A stretch of 64,000 nt of DNA, taken from the NCBI GenBank assembly GCA_040218735.1, contig JAVJQW010000050.1, positions 256,001 through 320,000 of the forward strand, in the 5' to 3' direction. This DNA comes from Deltaproteobacteria bacterium (GTDB taxonomy: Bacteria; Myxococcota; Kuafuiibacteriia; Kuafuiibacteriales; Kuafuiibacteriaceae). The position numbers and the translations under genes are program-made. The notes beneath the pieces are model-generated. The model was not told where the DNA came from. It did no database searches and worked only from the letters and a program-made list of their open reading frames with translations. This document shows positions 37,631 to 47,135 of the stretch, in pieces. The first letter of the stretch is position 1; each line of letters begins with the position of its first letter.

Positions 37631-39367
37631 ATGTTAGTGCCGTTGAGCTTCGAGACGTTACCGCCGACCGAGCGCGCGCCGGTGTCGGCCGAGCGCAAGA
37701 CGGACGCTCCGCTCTCCCTGCTCGTCATCGTCGAGGAGGGCGTGTCGACGCACCCGCTGACGGTGGGAATGCAGCTGTCGATCGGGCGTGAGCCCACCGT
37801 CGACGTCCACGTCGACGATCCGCTCGTCTCCCGCGAGCACGCGCGCCTGTACGTGCGCGACATCGTCGAGCTCGAAGATCTGGGGAGCGCCAACGGCACG
37901 AAGATCCGCGGGCAGCGCGTCGTCGCGCACGAGAAGACGCCGATAGGCGCCGGGCAGGTCGTGGAGATCGGCTCGGCGATCCTCGTGCTGCAGGAGCAGA
38001 GCACGGTCGCCCGGAGACGCCGCCTGTGGTCCCACGGCTACTTCGAGGTTCGCCTCGAAGAGGAGTGCGCGCGCAACGCACGCGGGCGTCGTTCGCCGTT
38101 CGCCGTGCTGCGCGTGCGCGTCGACGCCGCGGACGACGAGACGCTCGTGCAAGACACGTTGACGAAGGCGCTCCGCTCCTCGGACGTCGTCGCGAGCTAC
38201 GCCCCCGGTGAGTACGAGCTGCTCCTCGTCGACACCGCCGCGTCGCGCGCGGAGCGCATCGCCGATCGCATCTCGGACCGCTTCGTCGAGGCCGGCCACC
38301 GCATCGAGATCGGCATCGCGTCGTTCCCCCGCGATGGCCTCACCGCGGACGCGCTGATCGCCCACGCGGGGATCGACCTCGCGCTCGACGAAGACACGGC
38401 GCCCTCCTCGGCCGCGGTCGTCGAGGACCCGGCGATGGTCGATCTGTACCGCGTCGTCGATCGCGTCGCGCAGGGGACGATCAGCGTCCTGCTCGTCGGC
38501 GAGACCGGCGTCGGCAAGGAGGTCGTCGCCGAGGCGCTGCACCGCCGCTCACCGCGCGTCGACGCCCCGTTCGTGCGCCTCAACTGCGCCGCGCTCACGC
38601 AGACCCTCGTGGAGTCGGAGCTGTTCGGCCACGTCCGCGGCGCGTTCACCGGCGCCGAACAAGACAAACGCGGCCTGATCGAAGCCGCCGACGGCGGCAC
38701 GGTGTTCCTCGACGAGGTCGGCGAGCTCCCGCTGCCCACGCAAGCTACCTTGCTCCGCGTCCTCGAGCGCCGCGAGGTCCAGCGCGTGGGGAGCCTGGAG
38801 CCGCGCCCGGTCGACGTGCGCTTTGTCTCCGCCACGAACCGCGACCTCGAGGAGGAGATCGCGCGCGGGCGTTTCCGCGAGGATCTCTTCTACCGCCTCA
38901 ACGGCGTCACCATCGCGATCCCTCCGCTCCGCGATCGCCCCGGGGAGATCACATTGCTCGCGAGGATGTTCGTGGATCGCGTCAGCCACGAGCTCGGCGT
39001 GGAGGCCCCCGCGCTCTCCACGCGCGCCGAAGCGCTCCTCGGCGGCTACCACTGGCCGGGCAACATCCGCGAGCTCCGCAACATGATCGAGCGCGCGGTC
39101 CTGCTCTGCACGGGAGACGTCCTCGACGCTGAGCACCTCCCCGTCGACAAACTCTCCGCGACCTGGTCGAGCACTCCCGCGCGCCCTCGCCGACCGCGTG
39201 CGACGTCGGCGAGCCCGGAGCACGACGAGCGCAAACAGCGCATCCTCGACGCGCTGGACGCCTGCGCCGGCAACCAGACCCGCGCCGCCGAACACCTCGG
39301 CGTCTCCCGACGCACGCTCACGAAGTGGCTCGGCCGCTACGACATCCCCCGGCCCCGCAAACGCTGA
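37631..39367 (+). CDS. Sigma54-dependent enhancer-binding protein (FHA, degenerate GGDEF-like, AAA+, HTH)
   Basis: IGR..VSREHA..DLGSANGT (FHA), GETGVGKE, GAFTGA, FREDLFYRL, GNQTRAAEHLGVSRRTL. Confidence 0.95.
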   Translation: MLVPLSFETLPPTERAPVSAERKTDAPLSLLVIVEEGVSTHPLTVGMQLSIGREPTVDVHVDDPLVSREHARLYVRDIVELEDLGSANGTKIRGQRVVAHEKTPIGAGQVVEIGSAILVLQEQSTVARRRRLWSHGYFEVRLEEECARNARGRRSPFAVLRVRVDAADDETLVQDTLTKALRSSDVVASYAPGEYELLLVDTAASRAERIADRISDRFVEAGHRIEIGIASFPRDGLTADALIAHAGIDLALDEDTAPSSAAVVEDPAMVDLYRVVDRVAQGTISVLLVGETGVGKEVVAEALHRRSPRVDAPFVRLNCAALTQTLVESELFGHVRGAFTGAEQDKRGLIEAADGGTVFLDEVGELPLPTQATLLRVLERREVQRVGSLEPRPVDVRFVSATNRDLEEEIARGRFREDLFYRLNGVTIAIPPLRDRPGEITLLARMFVDRVSHELGVEAPALSTRAEALLGGYHWPGNIRELRNMIERAVLLCTGDVLDAEHLPVDKLSATWSSTPARPRRPRATSASPEHDERKQRILDALDACAGNQTRAAEHLGVSRRTLTKWLGRYDIPRPRKR

Positions 39368-39383
39368 GGTATGATCGCCGCGC

Positions 39384-40715
39384 GTGCGGCGCTTCGGTGA
39401 GTTCGCGCTGCTCGAGCGCCTCGAGCAGGGATCGGGCGGGACGGTCCACCTCGCCCGTCGCATCGGCGCGCCCCAGGACCACGACCCGCTCCTCGTGGTG
39501 AAGCGCCTCCACTCGGACCTCATGGAGCACGACACCTTCGTGCGCCGCTTCTCCCACGAAGCGCTGATCGCGGTGTCGGTGAAGAGCCCGAACGTCGTGG
39601 TCGTCGAGGACGTCGGGCGCGTGGGCGACGAGCCGTACATCGCGATGCACTTCGTGGAGGGGCTGTCGCTGTACGAAGTGCTCGAGCGCGTCACCGCCGC
39701 GGGCTACGGCATCCCGCTCGACGTCACCGTCGCGATCGTCGCGGGGTGCCTGGGCGGCCTCCGCGCGCTGCACGACGCCATCCACCCGGACACCCTCGAA
39801 CCCCTCGGCGTGGTCCACCGCGACATCTCCCCGAAGAACATCGTGCTCGCGTTCGACGGGCACCCCGTGCTGATCGATCTGGGCCTCGGGAAGTCGAATG
39901 TCGCCGACTGGCAGACCGCGGCCGGCGACGTCCTCGGGTCCCTCGGCTACATGGCGCCCGAGCAGGTCCTCGGCGACCGCGTCGATCACCGCGCGGATCT
40001 GTTCTCGCTGAGCGCCGTGTTCTACGAGCTGCTCACGCTCGAGCCGTACGTCCCGCGCGGCGCGCGGCGCGACATGCTGCGGCGGATGGAGTCGCCGCCC
40101 CCGGCCCGCCTCGACCGCGAAGACGTGCCGATGCCGATCCGCGCCCTCCTCGAGTCGGGCCTGTCCTACGACCCGAACCAGCGCCCGGCGAGCGCCGCGG
40201 AGATGTACGATCGGCTCACCTCGGTCATCGCCCCCGCGACACCGAAGCTCGTGGCCGCGTTCGTCCGTGACCTCGTCGGCGAAGACCTGCGCTCGACCGC
40301 GAAGAACGTCGACGACCTGAAGTCGCAGCCGATCGCGTTCCCCGACGACACCCCCTACGAAGGCACGGTGGTGATCGCGCGACGCGAGTCCGCGGTGAAC
40401 ACCATCGACGACCTCGAACCCGAGAGCGACGACCCGACCGCGCTCGTCGTCGCCCACGATCGCCCCAAGATCGCGGACGCCACGCTGCGTGCGCCGCCCG
40501 ACACCGTCCTCGGAGACGACACCGACAGCCTCCTGCAGGCGCAGACCCGTATCACGGCACGGCCGCGAGCGACCGGAGTACCGTGGGCGGTCGTGCTGCT
40601 GTTGATGGTGCTCGTGGCGGCCGCGACGGTGTTCGTGGATCGCTTCGTCATCGGCGTCGAAGCGCCGGCGCCGACCGCCGAGCCTCCGCCCACCGTCTCC
40701 GCGACGCCGCGGTGA
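39384..40715 (+). CDS. Hanks-type Ser/Thr protein kinase with C-terminal TM helix
   Basis: VVKRL, HRDISPKN, IDLG, GYMAPEQ. Confidence 0.92.
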   Translation: MRRFGEFALLERLEQGSGGTVHLARRIGAPQDHDPLLVVKRLHSDLMEHDTFVRRFSHEALIAVSVKSPNVVVVEDVGRVGDEPYIAMHFVEGLSLYEVLERVTAAGYGIPLDVTVAIVAGCLGGLRALHDAIHPDTLEPLGVVHRDISPKNIVLAFDGHPVLIDLGLGKSNVADWQTAAGDVLGSLGYMAPEQVLGDRVDHRADLFSLSAVFYELLTLEPYVPRGARRDMLRRMESPPPARLDREDVPMPIRALLESGLSYDPNQRPASAAEMYDRLTSVIAPATPKLVAAFVRDLVGEDLRSTAKNVDDLKSQPIAFPDDTPYEGTVVIARRESAVNTIDDLEPESDDPTALVVAHDRPKIADATLRAPPDTVLGDDTDSLLQAQTRITARPRATGVPWAVVLLLMVLVAAATVFVDRFVIGVEAPAPTAEPPPTVSATPR

Positions 40716-40719
40716 AGCG

Positions 40720-41487
40720 TCACATCCCGGACTCGCCGGACTTCTTCATGGTGTTGGTCTGCACCATCTCGCTCTCGAGCTCGGCGACGCGCTGCTTGGC
40801 CTTCTTCGCCTGGTCGGGCGACGGGCGCCCGGCGAGCACGTCGTTCCACGCTTCGAGCTTCGTCTGACGATCGATGCGCGCGATTTTGTCGACGGACATC
40901 GCCTCCGTGTAGAGCTGCTTCTGGAGGTCGTTGATCCGCTTCAGCGCCGCGCGAGCCTCCGGCCCCTTCGCGACCCAAGTCAGCACCTGCTCCCACGCGC
41001 GGATGCGATCCACCTTGGGTTTGCGAGCGCGCTCGACGCCCTCCGCCTCGGCGACGAGCCGCTTGGTCTCCATCGAGGTCCAGTGCGCGACGCGCTGCTT
41101 CGCCTTCCGTGCTTCCTTGCTCTTCGGGTAGAGGTCCCTAACCTCCGTCCACTTCGTGATCTTGTCGCGCGGTGACAGGTCGTCGTCGGAGTCGGCGCGT
41201 GTCGCGGCGTCGACGACGCGCAGGCGCGCCGCGTTCTTCCAGCGATCCATCGCGCGCTTCGCGTAGCCGATCTGCTCCTGCGCGCGATCGATGAAGGCCT
41301 TCCACTCGCGGAGCTTCTCTTCGTCGGAGACCTCCGGATCCTGTTCGAGCTTGCGCAGCCCGTAGAAGGTCAGGACGGTGCCCGGCTTCTTGACGACCTT
41401 CTTGGCGTCGCCGTCTTCGCCGGCGGCCAGCGCCGGCGTGGCGATCGCGAGGCTCAGCGCGATGACGAGCGTTCGATTCATGTTCAC
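40720..41487 (-). CDS. Secreted helical hypothetical protein
   Basis: Signal peptide; recurring K..W helical repeats; coupled to the upstream gene. Confidence 0.7.
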   Translation of the reverse strand: MNMNRTLVIALSLAIATPALAAGEDGDAKKVVKKPGTVLTFYGLRKLEQDPEVSDEEKLREWKAFIDRAQEQIGYAKRAMDRWKNAARLRVVDAATRADSDDDLSPRDKITKWTEVRDLYPKSKEARKAKQRVAHWTSMETKRLVAEAEGVERARKPKVDRIRAWEQVLTWVAKGPEARAALKRINDLQKQLYTEAMSVDKIARIDRQTKLEAWNDVLAGRPSPDQAKKAKQRVAELESEMVQTNTMKKSGESGM

Positions 41488-41957
41488 TCCTTGGGGCCGC
41501 GGAACGAGAAGTTCGGCTGGAACATGATGAACCCGTCCGGCTTCTTGGCCTGGGGTTCCTTCGGCTTCTCATTCGGCCCGGGGATGTAGAACTTGCCTTC
41601 GACCCCGACGGGGATCTTCAGCGAGAACTCCTGGTCGACCTTGTTGGGCCGCGGGAACTTCCAGCGCTTCGCGACGCTCTCCAGACACAGCCGGAGGTGA
41701 CGCGCGCCCTCCAGCGAGGTGTCGATGCGTGTCTTGGTGACCGCGCCCGACTCGCCCACCTTCACGACCACCGTGGCGACACCCTGCGTCTTCGGGTTTT
41801 CGTTGTGGTAGCGCGCGTTGCACGCGTCGATCGCCGGCCCGGTGGCGTTGAGCGTGCTGCGCACCTTCTCCATGGCCTGCTCCTTGGTCATGACCTCTTC
41901 GGCCGGAGGTTCGGCCGCGACGAGCGCGAGCGTGACGAGCAAGGCGGAAGCGTTCAC
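41484..41957 (-). CDS. AgmX/PglI C-terminal (TonB-C-like) domain protein
   Basis: GTGA-coupled start, signal peptide, IDACN...G.ATVVVKVGESGAV...LRLCL...WKFPRP. Confidence 0.75.
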   Translation of the reverse strand: MNASALLVTLALVAAEPPAEEVMTKEQAMEKVRSTLNATGPAIDACNARYHNENPKTQGVATVVVKVGESGAVTKTRIDTSLEGARHLRLCLESVAKRWKFPRPNKVDQEFSLKIPVGVEGKFYIPGPNEKPKEPQAKKPDGFIMFQPNFSFRGPKE

Positions 41958-42838
41958 GCCGAAGAGGCTAACCCCGCGGTGTCCGGAAACAAAAGCCCCG
42001 CGGGCCCGAGGGCCTCCAGATCCGCCGGGAGGGGCGCGTCGAAGGTCCGGCCTTCGGGGAGTATCAGGCGCGCCGCGTGGAGGAGGGGCCGAGAGAAGTC
42101 CACGATCGTCCCGCCGAGGCTCCCCGCCGCGTGGCCGCCGTAGAGCACGTCCCCCGCGATCGGGGTCCCGACGTGGCTCAGGTGGACGCGAATCTGGTGC
42201 GTCCGGCCCGTACGCGGGCGCGCGACCACCGCCGCCAGCCCGTCGACGGTCGCCACCACCTCCAGGTCGGTCTGCGACGGCTTGCCCTTGGGGCTGACCG
42301 CCTTCGCGCGCGGGCGGCGCCGATCCGCGCCGATCGGGGCGTCCACCGTCCCCGGCGGGGGCGCACCTTCGGTCACGGCGAAGTAGACCTTGTGGACGCG
42401 CTGCTCCGCGAACGCCCGCGACAGGTCCGCCGCGGCCTTCTTCGTCTTGGCGAACGCCAGGGCGCCCGTGGTGTCGACGTCCAGGCGGTGCACCACGTGG
42501 ACCTTTCGCTCCGATAGAATCCATTCGAGTGAACGACGGGGGCTCGTCTCCGTCTCGTTGACGTGGACGCCGGCCGGTTTGTTCACCACGACGATCGTGT
42601 CGTCCTCGAAGAGGATGGGCACCTCGACGGGCGCCTCGGGCTCCGCACCTTCGTGGACCACGACGCGCGAGCCGGCCCTGAGGCTCCTGCCCGCGACGCG
42701 ACAGCGCTTTCCGTCGACGAACACCGCGCCGTCGCCGATCAACACACGGGCGCGGCGGCGCGAGATGCCCTCCACGGCGGCAGCGATCGCTTTGTCGAGG
42801 CGGTCCGTGTCCGCCTCGACGCCGAAGACGTGTTTCAC
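41954..42838 (-). CDS. RluA-family pseudouridine synthase with S4 domain
   Basis: VNKPAG, VHRLDVDTTG, TGRTHQIRVH, GDVLYG, LHA. Confidence 0.95.
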   Translation of the reverse strand: MKHVFGVEADTDRLDKAIAAAVEGISRRRARVLIGDGAVFVDGKRCRVAGRSLRAGSRVVVHEGAEPEAPVEVPILFEDDTIVVVNKPAGVHVNETETSPRRSLEWILSERKVHVVHRLDVDTTGALAFAKTKKAAADLSRAFAEQRVHKVYFAVTEGAPPPGTVDAPIGADRRRPRAKAVSPKGKPSQTDLEVVATVDGLAAVVARPRTGRTHQIRVHLSHVGTPIAGDVLYGGHAAGSLGGTIVDFSRPLLHAARLILPEGRTFDAPLPADLEALGPAGLLFPDTAGLASSA

Positions 42839-43563
42839 TCCTCGGTGGTGCTCTTCTTCACGAGCACGCCCTTCTTGCCGAGCATGTACTCGTCCTTCAG
42901 CTCCGGCGGGAAGTCGCCGAAGTACGGCTTCACGTTCCAGCCGAGGTCCACGAGCGCCTGCGCGGCGCGGCGCTGCACGCGACCGGAGTGCTCGTCGCTG
43001 GTGCAGACCTTCGCGAGCGCCTCGGTGGAGTCCGGGTTCTCGAGCTTCTGGAGCGCCTCGATGGTCTGGAACTGCACGTCGTCCGCGTGGTCGCCGAGGT
43101 AGGGCGCGAGTTTGTCGGCGTCCTCGGGCGCGGCGACCTCGGCGATCGAGAAGATCAGCGTGGTCTTCGCCTGCGTGGTCCGGTGATCGAGCGGCTCGTA
43201 CGCGAGGAGCGTCTCGAGCAGGAAGTCGAACGAGTCCTGGCGCCCAAGGATCTTCTGCAGCGCCCGAATCGGGAACGCGATCGTCTTCTCGGAGCGGATG
43301 AACTGCTTGAGCGGCTCCACGACCGGGTCCCCGAGCGACACGAGCTGGTCGACGAGCTCACGCTTCTCGGACTCGTCGGCGATCTGCCCGTTTGCGTTGA
43401 TCGTGAACCGCCCGAGCAGCGCGGTGTACGCCTCCGGCGTCGCGATCTCGAAGAGCTTGTCCATCGCGGCTCGCCGGTAGTCCGGCTGCGCGTAGACCTC
43501 CTTCACCTGCTTGGCCGCCTTCTCGAGCGGGGATTTGGGCTTGAGCTTGTCGAAGAGGCCCAT
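42835..43563 (-). CDS. HEAT-repeat protein
   Basis: MGLFDKL start, HEAT-like repeats, coupled to the RluA gene. Confidence 0.8.
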   Translation of the reverse strand: MGLFDKLKPKSPLEKAAKQVKEVYAQPDYRRAAMDKLFEIATPEAYTALLGRFTINANGQIADESEKRELVDQLVSLGDPVVEPLKQFIRSEKTIAFPIRALQKILGRQDSFDFLLETLLAYEPLDHRTTQAKTTLIFSIAEVAAPEDADKLAPYLGDHADDVQFQTIEALQKLENPDSTEALAKVCTSDEHSGRVQRRAAQALVDLGWNVKPYFGDFPPELKDEYMLGKKGVLVKKSTTEE

Positions 43564-43622
43564 GAGGGGCCCTTCGATAAGACCTCGACACGGGCGCGTC
43601 AACGAGAACGAGGAACGAGTTC

Positions 43623-43806
43623 CCCTTGAACTTGAACTTGCCCGTTCCCTTGCCCGCGAGCACTGCCGAATTCATGGCGGTGCGAGACGGACCGGGGCAA
43701 CGAATCGGTCCGGGCAAGGGTTCGTCATTGCCCAGGGCTCGTGAGCGATGCGCCAGGAACCCTCGTCCATTGAGGGCAAGGGAACGGGCAAGTTCAAGTT
43801 CAAGGG
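43623..43806. mobile_element. MITE/REP-like element with 33-bp perfect terminal inverted repeats
   Basis: CCCTTGAACTTGAACTTGCCCGTTCCCTTGCCC (43623-43655) is the exact reverse complement of 43774-43806. Mobility is inferred. Confidence 0.65.
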
Positions 43807-43851
43807 AACGCCTTCTGCGGTGCGGACGCTTTGATATCCTCCACCACCACA

Positions 43852-45147
43852 ATGCCTCCCCGACGCCCTCCGGGCCCCGTCGACGACGGCGCCTCGCTCC
43901 TCACCTCGATCCGCTTCTACCGCGACATGACCCGCGACTCCCTCGGCACGATGCGCCGACGGTTCGAGCGGTACGGGGACCTGTACTTCAACGTCAGCCG
44001 GGGGGATCCGCTGTTCGTCACGCGGCACCCCGATCACGCGTACCAAGTGCTCGTCGCCGGGGCGAAGGCGTTCGGGAAGCGGAGCGACCTCGAGCCGTTC
44101 CTCGGGCAGGGGCTCCTCGAGGCGAACGGCGCGGTGTGGCGGCGGCAGCGGCGGCTGATGCAGCCGTCGTTCTCCGCGCAGCGGATCGCCGCGTACCGCG
44201 ACATGATGATCGAGGAGACCGAGAAGCGCATCGCGACGTGGGCGGACGGCGAGACGCGCGACATCGACGCAGACATGATGGCGCTGACGCTCGCGATCGT
44301 GTCGCGCGCCCTCTTCTCGCACGAGGCCGACGACGCCGAGACGGTGTCGAAGGTGATGACCGTGTTCCAGGAGGCCGCGACCGGGCTCGACCTGTTCCCG
44401 TCCTGGCTCCCCACGCCGCTGCACCGCCGTCAGGCTGCCGCGCTGAAGGCGATGGACGACCTCGTGTACGGCGTCATCGACGGGCGCGACATCGACCAGG
44501 ACCACGAAGACCTGCTGCAAGATCTCTTGCACGCGAGTGACGCCGAAGGCGGCATGTCGCGGAAGCAGGTGCGCGACGAGCTCGTCACGATGTTCCTCGC
44601 AGGACACGAGACGACCTCGCTCACGCTGATGTGGACGTTCTACCTGCTCGCGAAGCACCCCGAGATCGAGGCGCGCGTCTACGAGGAGGTCGCGGCGGCG
44701 GAGTCGTTCGACCGCCTCCCCTTCACCGCGAACGTCCTGAAGGAGTCGATGCGTCTGTACCCGCCCGCGTACGTCGTGCCGCGCGTCGCGATCGAGGACA
44801 CCGAGCTCGGCGGCTACACCCTCGAGCGCGGGGCGGAGGTCGTGGTGTGGATCTACTTCTGCCACCACGACGAACGCTGGTTCACGGAGCCGGAGCGCTT
44901 CGACCCGGATCGGTTCGCAGAGGGGAGCGACCGCGTGAAGCACCCGCACGCCTACCTCCCGTTCGGCGCCGGGAGCCGGACGTGCATCGGGCGGCACTTC
45001 GCGTCGTTCGAAGCCCAGCTCCTCCTCGCCACGATCGTGAAGCACTTCTCGCTGTCGCTGGCGCCCGACGCCAACGTGGCGATGAATCCGCGCATCACAC
45101 TCGGCGCGAAACACGGGATGAAGATGGTCGTGCGCGATCGGGGTTGA
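43852..45147 (+). CDS. Cytochrome P450
   Basis: AGHETT, ESMRLYPP (ExxR), PERFDPDRF, FGAGSRTCIG. Confidence 0.97.
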   Translation: MPPRRPPGPVDDGASLLTSIRFYRDMTRDSLGTMRRRFERYGDLYFNVSRGDPLFVTRHPDHAYQVLVAGAKAFGKRSDLEPFLGQGLLEANGAVWRRQRRLMQPSFSAQRIAAYRDMMIEETEKRIATWADGETRDIDADMMALTLAIVSRALFSHEADDAETVSKVMTVFQEAATGLDLFPSWLPTPLHRRQAAALKAMDDLVYGVIDGRDIDQDHEDLLQDLLHASDAEGGMSRKQVRDELVTMFLAGHETTSLTLMWTFYLLAKHPEIEARVYEEVAAAESFDRLPFTANVLKESMRLYPPAYVVPRVAIEDTELGGYTLERGAEVVVWIYFCHHDERWFTEPERFDPDRFAEGSDRVKHPHAYLPFGAGSRTCIGRHFASFEAQLLLATIVKHFSLSLAPDANVAMNPRITLGAKHGMKMVVRDRG

Positions 45148-45165
45148 CGCCCCGGGCGGAGATCG

Positions 45166-45186
45166 ATTAGTTGCTATAGCAACAAA
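45166..45186. promoter_or_regulatory. MarR operator candidate 1
   Basis: Perfect palindrome GTTGCTATAGCAAC (45170-45183) next to the marR start. Confidence 0.8.
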
Positions 45187-45630
45187 GTGCGGAAGGTTCG
45201 GATCACCGACTCGCTCGCGTACCACGTGTACCGGAGCGCCCGGCTGCTACGGCGGCACTTCCTGTCGATGGCGACGAGCCTCGACATGGAGCTGACACAG
45301 GAGCAGTGGTTCGTGCTCAACAAACTCGTGCTGGAGGACGGGCGGAGTCAGGTGGATCTGGGCGAAGAGATCTTCGCGGATCGCCCCAACCTCACCCGCA
45401 TCCTGACCACGATGGAGCGGCGCGGGCTGGTGCGGCGGCGGCCGGACGAGGAGGACGGGCGGCGAATCCGTGTGTTCCTCACGGCCGACGGGCGACGGCA
45501 CCACGACGAGTTCGCGGCTATCGTGCCCAAGGCGCGCAGCCAGCTGTTCGCGGGCATCACGAAGGAAGACCTCGAGACGGCGATTCGAGTCCTGGCTCGG
45601 CTCGAATCCAACCTGGTGAAGGACGACTGA
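45187..45630 (+). CDS. MarR-family transcriptional regulator
   Basis: LTQEQWFVL, NLTRILTTMERRGLVRR, DGRRIRVFLT. Confidence 0.93.
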   Translation: MRKVRITDSLAYHVYRSARLLRRHFLSMATSLDMELTQEQWFVLNKLVLEDGRSQVDLGEEIFADRPNLTRILTTMERRGLVRRRPDEEDGRRIRVFLTADGRRHHDEFAAIVPKARSQLFAGITKEDLETAIRVLARLESNLVKDD

Positions 45631-45655
45631 GCCCCGTCCCAAAAAAATTTGCAGC

Positions 45656-45676
45656 ATTAGTTGCTATAACAACAAA
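45656..45676. promoter_or_regulatory. MarR operator candidate 2
   Basis: ATTAGTTGCTATAACAACAAA, 20/21 identical to 45166-45186. Confidence 0.8.
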
Positions 45677-45691
45677 AGGAATCGAACGAAG

Positions 45692-46138
45692 ATGAAGACC
45701 TCGAAAGCACAGTTCCTCGTGACCACGATGATGGCTGGCGCCTGCGTCAGCTCGACCACCCCGGCGACCGCGGGTGCGCCGGACGACGCCATCACGGCGG
45801 CCGTTCGCGCCTACGTGAAAGGCGGCGACGCGCAGGATCGCGCGCAGGTCGAGAAGATCACCCACGCCTCCTTCCGCGTCATCGCGTCGATGGGCGGCGC
45901 GGGCGACGCCTCGTTCATGTCGCGCGACGACTACCTCGGTCTCCTCGACGCCAAGAAGATCGGAGGCACCCCGCGCACCGTGAAGGTCGAGTGGACCAAG
46001 TCGCTGGGCAACGTCGCCAACGTGAAGGTGCAGCTCGAATCGAAGGCGGCGCGCTTCGACTCACTCTTCACGCTGGTGAAGAAGGACGGCCGCTGGGTCG
46101 TCGTCGAAGACGTCGTCCGCCTCGACAAGAAGGGCTAG
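45692..46138 (+). CDS. NTF2-like (lumazine-binding/SnoaL-like) exported protein, possible lipoprotein
   Basis: AGAC lipobox-like, YVKGGD, ANVKVQL, LFTLVKKDGRWVV. Confidence 0.8.
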   Translation: MKTSKAQFLVTTMMAGACVSSTTPATAGAPDDAITAAVRAYVKGGDAQDRAQVEKITHASFRVIASMGGAGDASFMSRDDYLGLLDAKKIGGTPRTVKVEWTKSLGNVANVKVQLESKAARFDSLFTLVKKDGRWVVVEDVVRLDKKG

Positions 46139-46382
46139 CGAGGCTGCGCCTCGAACCCTCCAGGCTCCGCCGAAACGCAGTGCGGCGCATCCTCGCGCTG
46201 GCAGCCAACCGCGGGCAGCCGACAGCTTGGGTGCCACGATCGTTGCGCCGGCTCATTGGCGGGCTCGATGCGCCGACGGAACGTGTAGAGCATCCGGCTG
46301 CCGGCTGCGACCTGCAGGCCCCCGCGGTCGATCTGCGCACCGAGAGTCGGCCTCTTCGCCACGGTTCTCTTAGAGCAGACTC

Positions 46383-47084
46383 CTAGAAGACCAACTGCAT
46401 CGTCGCGGTGGTCGCGAACATCGTGACGTCCGGTCCGTGGTGCATCGACTTCGGCGACACCATCGCGCGGAGGCCGAAGCCGATGCCGTTCAGGTCGAAG
46501 CCCATCGCGAGGCTCGGCGCCCAGCCCGAGTAGCCCTTGTTGTCCGCGGGGTCGAAGAAGATCACGTGGCCGAAGCCGCTGTCGCCGTGGAGCGTCAGCC
46601 CGCCGACCTGGTGGCGGTACCCGCCGGAGACGCCGGTGTGGATCGTGGTGATCGAGCCGAGCGGGCTGCCGAGGTAGAGCACGCCCGAGATGAACAGCGT
46701 CAGCGTCAGGAACGTGTACGCGAAGATGCTCACGAGGGCGCGCGCGACCGTCGTGCCGTTTTCGTTGCCGCGCCCGACCCACGACGTGACGTCCTTGAAG
46801 CCGTTCACGCTGAACTCACCGACGTCGTAGCCGGCCTTCGCCCACTCCGTCGTGCGCTCGAAGTCGGTGAGCGTGACGTCGCCGACGAAGCGAAGCGTGA
46901 AGCCAGACTCGTGGTGCACGTGCACCTCGCCCGCGACGCCGACGCCGGGTTGCACGACGTCGCCGAGCACGTACATCGCGGCGCCCGCGCCGAACGCGCC
47001 GCCGCCCCGGAAGCGCGTCTGGCCGAACGCCGTGCCCGAGTAACAGAGGATCAGGAGGCCGGCGATCGAGGGGGCGACGCGCAT
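46383..47084 (-). CDS. Putative outer-membrane beta-barrel hypothetical protein
   Basis: Signal peptide, alternating strands, terminal Phe (MQLVF). Confidence 0.6.
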   Translation of the reverse strand: MRVAPSIAGLLILCYSGTAFGQTRFRGGGAFGAGAAMYVLGDVVQPGVGVAGEVHVHHESGFTLRFVGDVTLTDFERTTEWAKAGYDVGEFSVNGFKDVTSWVGRGNENGTTVARALVSIFAYTFLTLTLFISGVLYLGSPLGSITTIHTGVSGGYRHQVGGLTLHGDSGFGHVIFFDPADNKGYSGWAPSLAMGFDLNGIGFGLRAMVSPKSMHHGPDVTMFATTATMQLVF

Positions 47085-47135
47085 CGCCCGCCATCATACG
47101 GCGGGTTCGGTGCGGCCGCCGATTTGTGATCGCAG

